Positions 49,815 to 62,018 of a stretch of DNA of 64,000 nucleotides are shown piece after piece; position 1 is the first letter of the stretch; each line of letters begins with the position of its first letter. Position numbers and translations under genes: made by a program. The DNA lies in NCBI GenBank assembly GCA_964247055.1, contig OZ176051.1, positions 3,224,001-3,288,000 on the forward strand, read 5' to 3'. Source of the stretch: Paragordius varius. Lineage: Eukaryota > Animalia > Nematomorpha. Below the pieces are notes generated by a model. The model saw only the letters and a list, made by a program, of their open reading frames with translations, ran no database searches and was not told the DNA's origin.

Positions 49815-50865
49815 TTGGCGACGAGAAAAAAAAATTTATTCTGCCTAATGGAAAATCCCGGAGATACATCATTTAGTAATGCACAAAATCCTCTAAATCG
49901 AATAATTCTTGAACCATTTGACGAATGTTACAATTTCAAAAATTATGTCAAGCACATAGAAAGGGTACTCGCGGCCAGGGATATTCCTGTAACGGATTCC
50001 AATATAAAAAAAATATTTTTAGCTTTCGGTGGTATTAAAATTTTGAACAAAATTGAAAATATTCTATATCCTACCATCGAAGATTTGGAATGGCCGGAAA
50101 TCTATAAAATTGCAGTTCAAATCTATGCCCCAGACAAAAGTCTATGGGTGAATAGATGTGCATTTTATCGTATTCGTCGTGGTGATAATGAATCTATTCT
50201 TTCGTATTTAGAACGTTTGAAAATTTTGGCCAACAATTCTGGATTTGATTCGGACATTTCTAACAAAATCAGGGATATATTTTTGATTGGATTAAATCAA
50301 CCCAGATTAGAAAGAGAACTCCACATAAAATATCCGCTCGGTAAGTTAGATGACAAACCACTGAAACTACAAATGTTGGTCGATATGGCTTTAAGTTTTG
50401 AGGAAACCGATAATCTTCCCTCGCAAATCAATAAGCTTAAAGTGGATAGATCCAGAAATGTAAAACCTCATGGAAGTTTTAACAAGGGCCATTATAACAA
50501 TAATAATTATAAAATCAATAAGAATAATGATGTCCGGGATAATAATGATACTAAAGTAAATTGCCGAAATTGTGGATCACTGCATGTGAGAAACAAGTGT
50601 CCGGCTTGGGGCAAAACGTGCTACAATTGCAACAAAAATAACCACTTTAGTTCAATGTGCAAAACAAAGTTGGTGAGAAATTTAGATCAAATTAGATCTA
50701 TAAAAGCGGGCACTACCCCTAAAATAAAAGTGAAGATCAACAATAATATGATAGATATGATTTTCGATACCGGTGCTGACTGCTGTCTCATAAGTCAACA
50801 AATATGGAAGCAGATCGGTAGCCCTAAGTTAACGTGGTCCGATAAAATAACCACGTATGATAATA
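49815..50865 (+). CDS. G1 gag plus protease N-terminal part (ORF cut by the foldback insertion)
   Basis: Double zinc knuckle CRNCGSLH...CYNCNKNNHFSSMC; protease DTGAD. Confidence 0.92.
49816..49825 (+). promoter_or_regulatory. Primer-binding site, probably tRNA-Ser(GCU)
   Basis: TGGCGACGAG 2 nt after the LTR, complementary to a tRNA 3' end CUCGUCGCCA. Confidence 0.75.
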
Positions 50866-53037
50866 CAGTCATGTAGACTTTATATTGTTAAAGATTTACT
50901 TTTTTTCGTTAATTGGGTATTAATATTTGGTAAAGAATATAAAAACAAGAGCTATATGGTATTACCATATCATATTCTTTAAAAAAGTAAAAGAAGTGTG
51001 GGGGAAGGGCGTCGGAAATCTTTAGTAAAAAATGAAAATCTTAAAATATTGTTATAGGGGAATGGTAATATTTTTGTTAATCTTTTAGCAAAATTTATAT
51101 GTTGATTTTTTTTAAAAAATTTATTTCGCAGTACGCATATGAAAGAGGATTGACGTGAGAATTAACATAGGCTTTAATTTGATGGATATTTTGTAATGTT
51201 AAATTTTGAGAATATTACAGCAATTTATGTTAACATTTAAAATTGTGTTACGTATTTAGATGCGGAATTTTGTGGGTTTGTATTCTTAATAATTTAATAA
51301 ATAGTAAAATGGGTATTTTAATATTATTTATGATTCATAATTAAATTCAATAATTACTATTTTTCAACATGATAAATACCTGTATTAATCAAAATTGGTA
51401 TTATTATTTTAAATAGTTGTTATTAGTAATTAAAATACAGGTTATATATTTGTGAAAATTTAATTAGATTATAGATTGGTTTTGTTTTTATGTTTTTCAT
51501 GGTTAATTTTTATGTGTTTACATTTTAATCAGGTAAAAATTGCGGTTTTTAAATTTAGTCAAATTTAATTTTTATGTTTTTTAGGATTTGCATTGCAAAT
51601 TGTAATTAATTACTACATATTGGAAATTTTAAAATACAGGTAAAAATGGCGGTTAATTTCAAATTTATTTATTTTTTCATTGGTATTTGTAATTAATTAT
51701 ATATTGTGGACATTTTAATAACTACAGTAAAATTTTCAGTTTTTAATAAATTTAATAAAAATTGAGATTTTGTTTTTTAGATTTGTAATTATTTTATTTT
51801 GTCAATTTAATAAAAACAGGAATTGCGGTTTATAACAAATTTCAAATTTTTATTTTGTATCATTGTTAATTGTAATTAATTATTACATATTTTGGACATT
51901 TTAATAAATACAGGTGAAAATGCCAGTTTTTAAAATTTAACATGTTTTGTATCATTGTTATTTGTTTTTAATTAATAAATATTTTGGACATTTAAAAAAC
52001 AGGTGAAAATTGCCGTTTTTAATAAATTAGTAAAATATATTAATTACTATATATTTTTGATACATTGATATATACAGGTAATTACTATCATTTGAATAAA
52101 TTAGCAAGGTTGAACAAAATATTGAAAAATTATTAATTTTATTAAATACCGCAATTTTCACCTGTTTTTTAGATGTCGAAAATATTTGATAATTAATAAC
52201 AAATAACAATGATACAAAAAAATTATAATTGAAATTTGTTAAAAACCGCCATTTTTACCTGTATTTTTTAAAATTTCCAAATATGTAGTATTTAATTACA
52301 ATTAACAATGTTAAATAAAAAAACAAAAAAAATTAAATTTGACTAAATTTAAAAACCGCAATTTTTACCTGATTAAAATGTAAACACATAAAAATTAACC
52401 ATGAAAAACATAAAAACAAAACCAATCTATAATCTAATTAAATTTTCACAAATATATAACCTGTATTTTAATTACTAATAACAACTATTTAAAATAATAA
52501 TACCAATTTTGATTAATACAGGTATTTATCATGTTGAAAAATAGTAATTATTGAATTTAATTATGAATCATAAATAATATTAAAATACCCATTTTACTAT
52601 TTATTAAATTATTAAGAATACAAACCCACAAAATTCCGCATCTAAATACGTAACACAATATTTTAAATGTTAACATAAATTGCTGTAATATTCTCAAAAT
52701 TTAACATTACAAAATATCCATCAAATTAAAGCCTATGTTAATTCTCACGTCAATCCTTTTTCATATGCGTACTGCGAAATAAATTTTTAAAAAAAAATCA
52801 ACATATAAATTTTGCTAAAAGATTAACAAAAATATTACCATTCCCCTATAACAATATTTTAAGATTTTCATTTTTTACTAAAGATTTCCGACGCCCTTCC
52901 CCCACACTTCTTTTACTTTTTTAAAGAATATGATATGGTAATACCATATAGCTCTTGTTTTTATATTCTTTACCAAATATTAATACCCAATTAACGAAAA
53001 AAAGTAAATCCTTAACAATATAAAGTCTACATGACTG
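50866..53037. mobile_element. 2172-bp foldback / long-TIR element inserted in the G1 protease
   Basis: TA|CAGTCATGTAG...CTACATGACTG|TA; the outer ~750 bp of the arms are near-identical; the inner region is tandem AT-rich subrepeats. Confidence 0.93.
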
Positions 53038-53039
53038 TA

Positions 53040-54259
53040 ATAAGATAACAATCTTAGGGAAAACTATGGTCACTGTGACGTTGTACAATGAAAAGAAAAC
53101 GTTACCATGTATCGTAACTAAAAGCAATTTTGATCCAATTTTTGGATTACCTTGGATAAAAGCGTACAAGCTACCTTTTCCAAAAGGTGTAATCAATAAT
53201 ATAAATTCTAATGAGAAGATGGAGCTGACCAAAATATTTCCAAAACTATTCTCAAAGGAACTTGGTTGTTACAACGGCAATCCGATCAAAATTTTTTTGA
53301 CACCGGATGCAAAACCAAAAGCTTTTCCATGCCGTAGAGTTCCTCTACCATTGCAACCATTGGTAGAAAATGAATTGAATAGATTGTTAGATTTGGGGAT
53401 TATAGAACCAATAGACCCAACAACAACTGAGATATCTTGGGCAACCCCAACGGTCAACGTGTTAAAATCCAATGGGGAGGCTCGTATCTACGCCGATTTT
53501 CGTGTCACAATCAATCCTTATCTATCAAAAGATTCTCATATCATTCCGACATTTGATCAATTATTGGGTAAAATCGGAAATGGACATTCATTTTCAGTTT
53601 TGGATCTCAAGGATGCCTACTTACAACTACCGGTTGACAAAGAATGCTCTAATATTCTGACAATTACAACACACAGAGGTTACTTTACGTATAAACGATT
53701 ACCTTTCGGGCTCACAAATGCTCCAATGATATTTCAACGAGTTATGGATCAAATTCTGGATGATTGCACAGGCGTTTGTGCTTATCTGGATGATGTTCTG
53801 GTAACCGGCAATACAGACACTCAACACAAAGCAAATCTTGAGCATGTGTTGGAGAAACTTGAACAGGCCGGATTCCGTTTGCAACCGGATAAAATGAAAT
53901 TCTTCCAGGAAAAAGTATCCTACATGGGATACGAAATATCTAAAAGAGGTATTAAGCCAACGGATGAAAAAATCAAGGCTATTTTGAAATGTCCTGTTCC
54001 AAAGGACAAAACAACATTACGGTCCTTTTTAGGACTATTAAACTTTCATGAAAAATTTATTCCAAGATTACATTCAGTCATAAGTGATCTACACACTTTA
54101 ACTGGAAACAAAATGCCATGGAAATGGGATAATATTCATGATAAACAATTTGCACTGTCAAAACAACTAATAGCAAATTTTGGGTGCCATCCTGTTCCAT
54201 GTAACCGAAGATGGCAAGCGGCCAATCTCTTTCGGATCCAGGAAATGTTTGAATTCTGA
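53040..54259 (+). CDS. G1 pol: end of protease and reverse transcriptase (to the frameshift)
   Basis: WATP, DFRVTIN, LDLKDAYLQ, RLPFGL, YLDDV, FLGLLNF. Confidence 0.93.
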
Positions 54260-55787
54260 AAAACATTATTCGACGATCGAAAGAGAGGCCAAGGCGATTT
54301 TGTTCGCGGTAAACAAATTTCACCCTTTCATATATGGGAGATCTTTTAAAATATTGACTGATCATAAACCACTGATTAAATTATTTGGGGAAGACCGGAA
54401 CTTAACCGGAGTCACTAATATAAAATTATTACGTTGGATTTATAAAATATCGGGGTATGATTATACCATTCATTTCAATAAAGGGGTTCAAAATTTAGCT
54501 GATCCCCTATCAAGATTAGCAATTGACGATCCTGAAATGGATGATGATCATGCTGTAGCTGAAAAAATTCGGTTCTTATCTATGAACGATTTGAACATTA
54601 ATAAAAAAAATGTATTAGTTCAGTCCAATAAGGACCCGGTGATAAAAAAATTAAAAAGTGCATTAAATTCCAACAATTGGGATGATCCAGATCTAAAAAA
54701 TTATCAATCACATCGCAACGCTATCCAAGCATCGTATGGTTTAGTTTATTTGGAGGATAGACTCATTGTTCCTAGATCCATGCAAAATGAAGTCCTAAAC
54801 TACTTTCACACTGGACCACCAGGGATAAGTACCATGAAGTCCTTTGCGAGCCACAGTGTATATTGGCCAGACTTGGACCAAAGTATTGAATTGCTTGCGA
54901 AGACATGTGACTCATGTCAAAGATACAAGCCCAATGTCCAGGAAAATCCAACATACAAATGGAATTTTAACACCGCCGTCTGGGAAAGAATACACATAGA
55001 TATTGCTGGTCCCATTGATAATTTCTACTGGCTGGTAACAATTGACAGCTCGTCCAGATGGCTGGAAGTTAATTTATTAAAACAAGTTACGAGCAGGTCT
55101 GTTTTAAATTGCTTAGAACAATTGTTTGCGAGATATGGTTTTCCTAAAATGATAGTAAGTGATAATGCATCGTATTTTGTATCGCACGATTTTGATGAAA
55201 GGCTTAAACACTTAAACATCAAACATGTTACGTCGAGTCCTTATCACCCACGAACGAATGGGTTGGTAGAAAGATCTATTTACACATTGAAAACTAAATA
55301 TAAAGCTACGAAGAGGGCTGACATCTCTCCGCAAGAAGCAATGAATACCATTTTGTGGAGCTATCGGCAAGCAATTCATAGTGCAACGAGAGCAACACCG
55401 TGCTCATTATTCCTAAAAAGAAAATTGTTAGGTCCCTTGTCATGGTTAAAGACAATACCATCAGATTTTACGGATAATACTAGAGCCCCCTTACGAGAAT
55501 TCGACGTTGATGATGCTATTCTGATTAAAAATGAAACAGCAGAGGGGTGGCGGAAAGGAAATGTAATTGAAAGAACAGGATTATTATCTTACAAGATTGA
55601 TGACGGTAGCAAAATTCAGCGAAAACACGCCGATCAGCTACAGAAGTCTGTTATGTCACAACCCGCCCTTGACATTGTACCAGAGATCCCAGTTACGGAA
55701 GCTGTGGAGTCGGAGTGTAACTTGACAGAAGTACAAAACCGTTATCCTCGCCGGGAACGAAAAGCTCCGGATCGTCTTTCTTATTAA
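54180..55787 (+). CDS. G1 pol: truncated RNase H and integrase
   Basis: YSTIERE, TDHKPL, ADPLSR, C..C, HIDIAGP, IVSDNA, PYHPRTNGLVER, RYPRRERKAPDRL. Confidence 0.93.
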   Translation: MGAILFHVTEDGKRPISFGSRKCLNSEKHYSTIEREAKAILFAVNKFHPFIYGRSFKILTDHKPLIKLFGEDRNLTGVTNIKLLRWIYKISGYDYTIHFNKGVQNLADPLSRLAIDDPEMDDDHAVAEKIRFLSMNDLNINKKNVLVQSNKDPVIKKLKSALNSNNWDDPDLKNYQSHRNAIQASYGLVYLEDRLIVPRSMQNEVLNYFHTGPPGISTMKSFASHSVYWPDLDQSIELLAKTCDSCQRYKPNVQENPTYKWNFNTAVWERIHIDIAGPIDNFYWLVTIDSSSRWLEVNLLKQVTSRSVLNCLEQLFARYGFPKMIVSDNASYFVSHDFDERLKHLNIKHVTSSPYHPRTNGLVERSIYTLKTKYKATKRADISPQEAMNTILWSYRQAIHSATRATPCSLFLKRKLLGPLSWLKTIPSDFTDNTRAPLREFDVDDAILIKNETAEGWRKGNVIERTGLLSYKIDDGSKIQRKHADQLQKSVMSQPALDIVPEIPVTEAVESECNLTEVQNRYPRRERKAPDRLSY

Positions 55788-55799
55788 AGGTGGGAGATA

Positions 55800-56136
55800 T
55801 GATATGATGTTATATAATATGCAACAAAACATAACTCTATTTTATATATTACGTTGCTATTCAATGCATACTTATAATACTTTTCTGTTATTAATATTTT
55901 ACGTGACATGTTATATACTACGTAACAAGTTTTAGACTACGTGACTGTTTTATAAATGCACACTCATCATTCTCAGAAATTTGTATATGTTAATGCACGA
56001 TAAAAATATATAATAAGATCCGTATACATTTCTCGGAATTAAATATAACCTATATAAACAACAACTTCTTTAAGTCCATTGCATTACTGTGTTTTCCCAT
56101 TATTGTGTTATAATAAATTATACCCAACTGATATTA
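55800..56136 (+). repeat. G1 3' LTR
   Basis: Follows PPT AAAGGTGGGAGA; followed by TSD GTAGG. Confidence 0.97.
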
Positions 56137-56553
56137 GTAGGGCAAAAAACTTACCAATAAATACAAAATTTTTACATAATTGAAAATATTTTTATCAATT
56201 TAATACCTTTTTCCTTTTTTGTCCTAGTTTACTTTTAGGTAGTTTTATATCCCAGAGCTCAAATTTGTGAATAAACTACTGTTTTAGTTATTTAAGTTAT
56301 GATTTAATTATCAAACATTGCTCACATGCATATGTGAATCTAAAATTGGGACAGCTCCAAAACACGATCGAAACAAACAGCTGTTATTAAAAAAATATAT
56401 AAACTTAAGTAACCATAACATACATTATTTGCCTGTTGCATTAGCGATTTAAGAAAATTTATAAAAAAAAATGACGGGTAAAAGTTTGAGATGAGGATTT
56501 TTTTATAATTTTACATTTTTATAATCTAAAGCATATTTTCAAATTTGGCTTAA

Positions 56554-59247
56554 CACTTGGATACAAAACATTCCTTTCAGTTTTTCGATTTAAATTGGGG
56601 TAGCTGGATATCCCAGACCAATTTACTAAAAATCAGGGCTTTAAAGCGGTTCAAAAAAGTGGAACCGGAAGTTAGTTCATTAAAAATTTTGCGGTTCTGG
56701 AACCGGTTCTTTACATTTAGAACCGCCATTTTCGGTTCCCGACTTTTGATTAAATGATTTACAAAATTATTATTATTTTAATAAAACTAAAATATTAACA
56801 ATTTATAAATCAAACAATTTATTATAAATTGCCAAATGTATAATGAAAGAAATATAGTGTAGCATATTAAATTAAACAAATTAAAAAAATATAGGAAAAT
56901 GTATATAACGTATAAATTGAGAGTTAAATTATGTATGGCATCTAAAAAAATCTTTATTTAACTTTAAAAAATTATTTCACCAAGCAATTTGCTGGTCAAA
57001 CTGCTTCTCAGGTCTAAAAATATAAAATTAAGGGGTTTCAACGGAAATCTTATATGTATTATAAATAAACTCGACTTTTTTACTTTTTTTAGAAGAGCCG
57101 AATCGCTTTAAATTCAGAGAGTATCTCTAATATAATATTAGGCGCTTAGTTTTAGGTTTAGAGTTTGAAGAATGTAATATGTAGTGGTACAATACCAGTA
57201 ATTAAGGGGGTGGAACCGGAACCGGGTTGGTTCTTGAACAGCCAATGGAACCGGTTCTTGTTAAAATCCCAGGAACCGGGTTCCGGTTCCAAGTCCTGCT
57301 AAAAATCTATTGTTGTAAAGTTCTATCGCTTTATTTATATTTATTTATCCCTAATTAACTAAATATAACAGGATATTAACATTGTAGGTCGAGTCTATAC
57401 AATCGAATTACAAATATCTACTATTTATATTTAGCATCGCCACAGCAGAAAGTAAACATCTTTAAAAGTCATTTTTTGTAATTTATAGGCTTATAAAGAC
57501 ATATATTTGATTATCCTTATCTATGATATTTGACAGTTATTGTATCCCGAGAAATAAAAATAAAATTAGTCTTATATATTTGTAAAGAGATTTGCTTAAA
57601 TTAACATTCCACGTAACTCCTTTTATATTTAGGTTAACTATAAAATATTATTAAATCATGAAAGAAACAGAATCATATATAACAGATGGTTTTGTCAACA
57701 GGTCGAAAAAATTTCAAAAAATTTTGAACTTCCAGAATAATTCTACCGAATAACATCGTTTTGATATTTGATGATTTATATCATGTATCTTTATTTATTC
57801 TTTAATCATCTTTCAAAATAAATCAAAACTTGCTTTTTCTTTCTAGAAGTTAAGCGTTTATTATTTAGATCAGTGAAACTCAAACCGCGGCCGGGGCTCC
57901 ATTATGCCATATTTTATTCGGCCCGTTAATTTTAATGAGTATTTAGGATTGTTTGATGGATAATCACAACGGATTCTGATTTAGGATGGATCGGTAATAG
58001 TATAATGAAATTTAATTTCCAAATAATTTATTTAAATTATTTTCATAGTTTATGCAAACAATTCAAGAGGATCTAGCGCAAGATATAAACTTTGATCATA
58101 AAGGGAACTTTAGGGAGAAAACAAATACAAGAGACGCTCCTATTGGGATAACCTCTTCAATGAACAAAGTTTAGGTCATGAATGTTTACTATGTGCTCAA
58201 GTTCAGAAAAAAATAATAAACAAGCATGTTATTTTTTCTCCGAATACTCATTTATTACCGTTTTATATAACGAAAAAATCAATAATAATAATTTAGCACA
58301 TAGCCATAAATGATTGTTTTTCTGTGTTTTTTGCCAATCGGATTTTGGCATACTTGGCAAAATATTATAAATTTTTTATCAACAGATCTTGGACACAACT
58401 AGCACCTTGTATAATATATAAATATATATATGTCTTTGGCACATTAATATTATTGTGTTCCAAAATTCCCATTTTCTAGAGCCGAAAACGATGAGTTTGT
58501 TAGTATTTTTTGTTTTTCTTGCGTACTTGAGACAAGTTTTTTTTACTGATTTCATTTAAAACGCCCATAGCAATCAAGATATCTAAATTTGTATATAAAT
58601 AATATACCTAAAAAGGCATCAAATTCTTTTGTATTCAAATCAATCCAGTTTTCCGATTGAACCTAAGAATTGTGTATAATCAAATTTTTTATGTTATTAA
58701 TTATGATAGAATTAAATGTTGTAAGTGGGTCTTGGATAATTGATTTAGGACCGAGGATATAACGGATTATGTTGGATTGCTTAATTTTAGTAGGATTTAA
58801 GGGTTTAATCCAAACAAATGATTTTTAATAAGTTAGATTTTCCATTATTTTAAAATCTAAATATATTTTTTTATACCTGACTCCGAAGATGAGGAGTTAC
58901 TATCCACATTATCGCTCGAATAATCTCTGCTACTATCAAAACTATCTAATTCTTCCAAAACAAAAAAAATAAATGCTTCGTAGCGGAAAATATTTTAAAT
59001 GATATCTTTACAGGAAGAGGGAATATGCAAACTCAAAAAAATAAGATGTATTCTGGTTAAAATCAAAATAATTCTGGCGCCAACCAATTCAAGATAAGAA
59101 TTTTTTTAGATACTTTGGTTTAATTATATAATTTTTATTGAGAAGAATCATAAATTTAAATTAGGGTCATTCTATTCGGTAGTTTTTTAAAAGTACCAAT
59201 TAAAAAATGGTCTGGGGTATCTAGATACCCCAATTTTAATCAAAGTG
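56554..59247 (-). mobile_element. piggyBac-like element, heavily decayed transposase
   Basis: TTAA on both sides; terminal CACTT(G/T)GAT plus an internal repeat ATTGGGGTA.CT.GATA.CCCAGACCA with asymmetric spacers; acidic N-terminus and NIIR..GP and NW.D...EF.AFLG-like relics on the minus strand. Confidence 0.65.
56634..57298. mobile_element. Non-autonomous hAT (665 bp) nested in the piggyBac-like element
   Basis: CAGGGCTT / AAGTCCTG ends; perfect 8-bp TSD CTAAAAAT; subterminal GAACCGG repeats. Confidence 0.88.
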
Positions 59248-60080
59248 TTAATATCAATTAAAGTAGATCCTACTGTTGTGGACACAAACGCTGCTATATT
59301 ATTGCAAACAGTTATAACACGTTGTGATACACGTAGTTAATATTGTTAGTTGTGTCTTAACACAAAATAATTAGTATATAATTGAAGTATTGTGATATTA
59401 AACGGATATGTTTAATTTTGGTATAAAATGTTTTCTTTGTAATATACTCCCCTCACCATTAATAGCTTATTAAGGTATTTAAATTACAAATCAGTCTGGG
59501 ATAAAATTACCCCAAAAGATAATGGAGTGTTAAAACACTCCATACTTTTTACAAAAATTTAATTTTTAGCGAAATTTTGTTGAAGCGTACTTCATACTAT
59601 TTTGACGCATGATGGAAACGGTATAAAAATCCTTTTGCATCTAAACACATTTTCTATGTAATTTATTGATGCTTAACATTTCAATCATATCAGAATTTTA
59701 ATTTAAAGGTTCGTTTACCTTAAAATTTTGCTAAATTTCGGTAAAAAATACCATTTAAAGTTTACATAATTTTTAAGACGAACGAATATTTTAATCAAAA
59801 CATGCCTCAAATTAGTGTGAAGTATGCTTTAACAACATCTTGCTAAAAATTAAAATTCTGAAAAAGTATGCATTTTTTAGGATTTTTTTTATGTCAAAAT
59901 TTAAGATATATTTAAAATTTTATCGAATCCTGGCATTTTTGCGTTAATTTCAAATGAACTACCCCATTTTAGGAGAATGTGAAAAAATTTAGGATTTTAG
60001 CCCATTAAAAATTATTTTTTTTGCTTTTGATAGGTAGTTTATGGTATATATTTGTGATATTTTTGGAATGAAGCATATAG

Positions 60081-62018
60081 GGTGGGGTAATAAATGAGTC
60101 GCATTTGATTTTCAAGTCAAGCGTGACAAGTTGAGCAAATTTTCTTAAGCCAGCGAAAATACACTTGAAGATCGGTGATAAAAAACCCTTAAGTCAAGTT
60201 TTTTGCTTATGAATGTACCATTTTTTGCCACCCGATTCGAATTTTACGGATATTTTGATCGCCAAAGTTTATGAAATAAGGCACCAAAAATATAAACAAC
60301 CAATACAATATGCATTTATTGAAGTTTTCAAACACGTATGTTAAAATTTAAATATTGTAGATTTTTTTAAATTGAGTCAGGTATTTAAAATTTGTAAGTT
60401 GATGAGACCAATGGCCATTCTTTTATTATTTTTTGACAAGTTTAGCATTATGTTTTACAGTATAAAACATAATAATTATATAGTATTTTCTAATTATTTA
60501 TTCTCTATGCCAAAACTATCACGAAATAGTTGTTTTTTTATTTTGCTCTATTTTTTAATCAAGAAATTGTTCTGCCCCAGAGACCACCACGAATTCTTGT
60601 TTAATACTCTCCCAACTGCTAAACGTTTTGGCACTCATTTTGTTAGATCATTAGATCACTCTTATAAATATATTGGATATTTATATAACAACATCATATT
60701 ATTATTAATTGATTATTAAATTATATTAGAAATAAATTCATGATCAAAAAAATCTTTACATGTTTTTATAATATGAATCCACCTTTCTATTTTAAACAGA
60801 TTATTAACAGATAGAAATATACCCCTAACTTTAAGATTTTTTTATTAAACTTTAAACGATAATCAATAGTTCATCAAGTTACGAAGAAAATATAATAAAT
60901 TTAAGATATACATTTTTAGGATTACATCTAATAACCTATTGCAATCAGTTAAATTGATTCATTAAAGATATATGTTTATTTTAAAAAGTATTCAAAATAT
61001 ATACCATTTACCAAATTCACCCTTGAACAATTCAAATTGACCCTAAAAATAAATTAAGTGTTTTTTGGCTAATATAACTCATCAAGTTTATTATTTTTTC
61101 AGTATTATATTAATATTGCACAATATTTGATTTTTAAGAATATATAAAAATATAGGTAATTTTTAACTTTAAGAAACACTAATTTATTTTAGGGTGAACA
61201 ATTGTTCGATGGTGAATTTGTATTGTTCAAGGGTGAATTTAAACTGCAGATGGTATATTATTTTGATTATCCTCCAAAATAAAATTTTCTAATTAAAGTG
61301 AAGATATTTTATAAATTATTTCACATTTTATAGGAATAGGCGAACAAATTTTTAAATGTGTACGGTAGTGTTACTATTAATAATCAAATTTCTTTTGATA
61401 AAATTAAAAGTAAATACAATTTTAATACCTTTATTGATTTTTTGTGGGATTAATAAAATTACATTCAGAATAGTTCTGTGATTGCAAATGTTTTTGTTCA
61501 GAGGGCTCACGAGAATTGACGAAAGGTACTTTATGCACTTATATACATTTAGAAAAATCATTCCTTTTGTATCCACCCAATTTGTATAGCTTAATTAGCC
61601 AAAAATCATCAAATAAAAAGTTTGTAATTGAGTGGATAACGACGAAGGTTTCTAATGTAGAGGATGTGGAAATGGTCGTAAAATAACGTGAAAATAAAAT
61701 ATAATTTATTGGTTCAATTTTCGCCACATGCATCATCAGGAGATAGAGTTAATAACATTAACAAATGTTCCAATTACATATAAAACCTAAATTATATATA
61801 CATTTTCCAAAAATTAAATCCATATAAGTCTGTCAAGTGTCCCATGCAACAGACTTGTAAAATTTTCAAGTTTTACTTAATATGATTTTTTAACACCTCC
61901 CAATCAAGTTTTTTTACTTGACTTAATTCCCCTAATGTTAAATTTTTATATCAGATGAACGCAACCATCAGCTGGAAAACTTGCAAGTCATGTAAAAAAA
62001 ATCTTTACCACCCCACCC
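60081..62018 (+). mobile_element. Family A copy enlarged by internal insertions
   Basis: Left terminus at 60081, right terminus at 62018; family A sequence at 60081-60480 and 61560-62018. Confidence 0.65.
60999..61258. mobile_element. Roughly 260-bp MITE
   Basis: ATATACCAT...AAATTCACCCTTGAACAAT / ATTGTTCAAGGGTGAATTT...ATGGTATAT. Confidence 0.65.

Larger units (their letters stand above)
49477..56136 (+). mobile_element. Near-complete Ty3/Gypsy (Mag-like) LTR retrotransposon G1
   Basis: Two 337-bp LTRs with 4 differences, 5-bp TSD GTAGG, PBS, PPT, and domain order gag-PR-RT-RH-IN. Confidence 0.97.
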
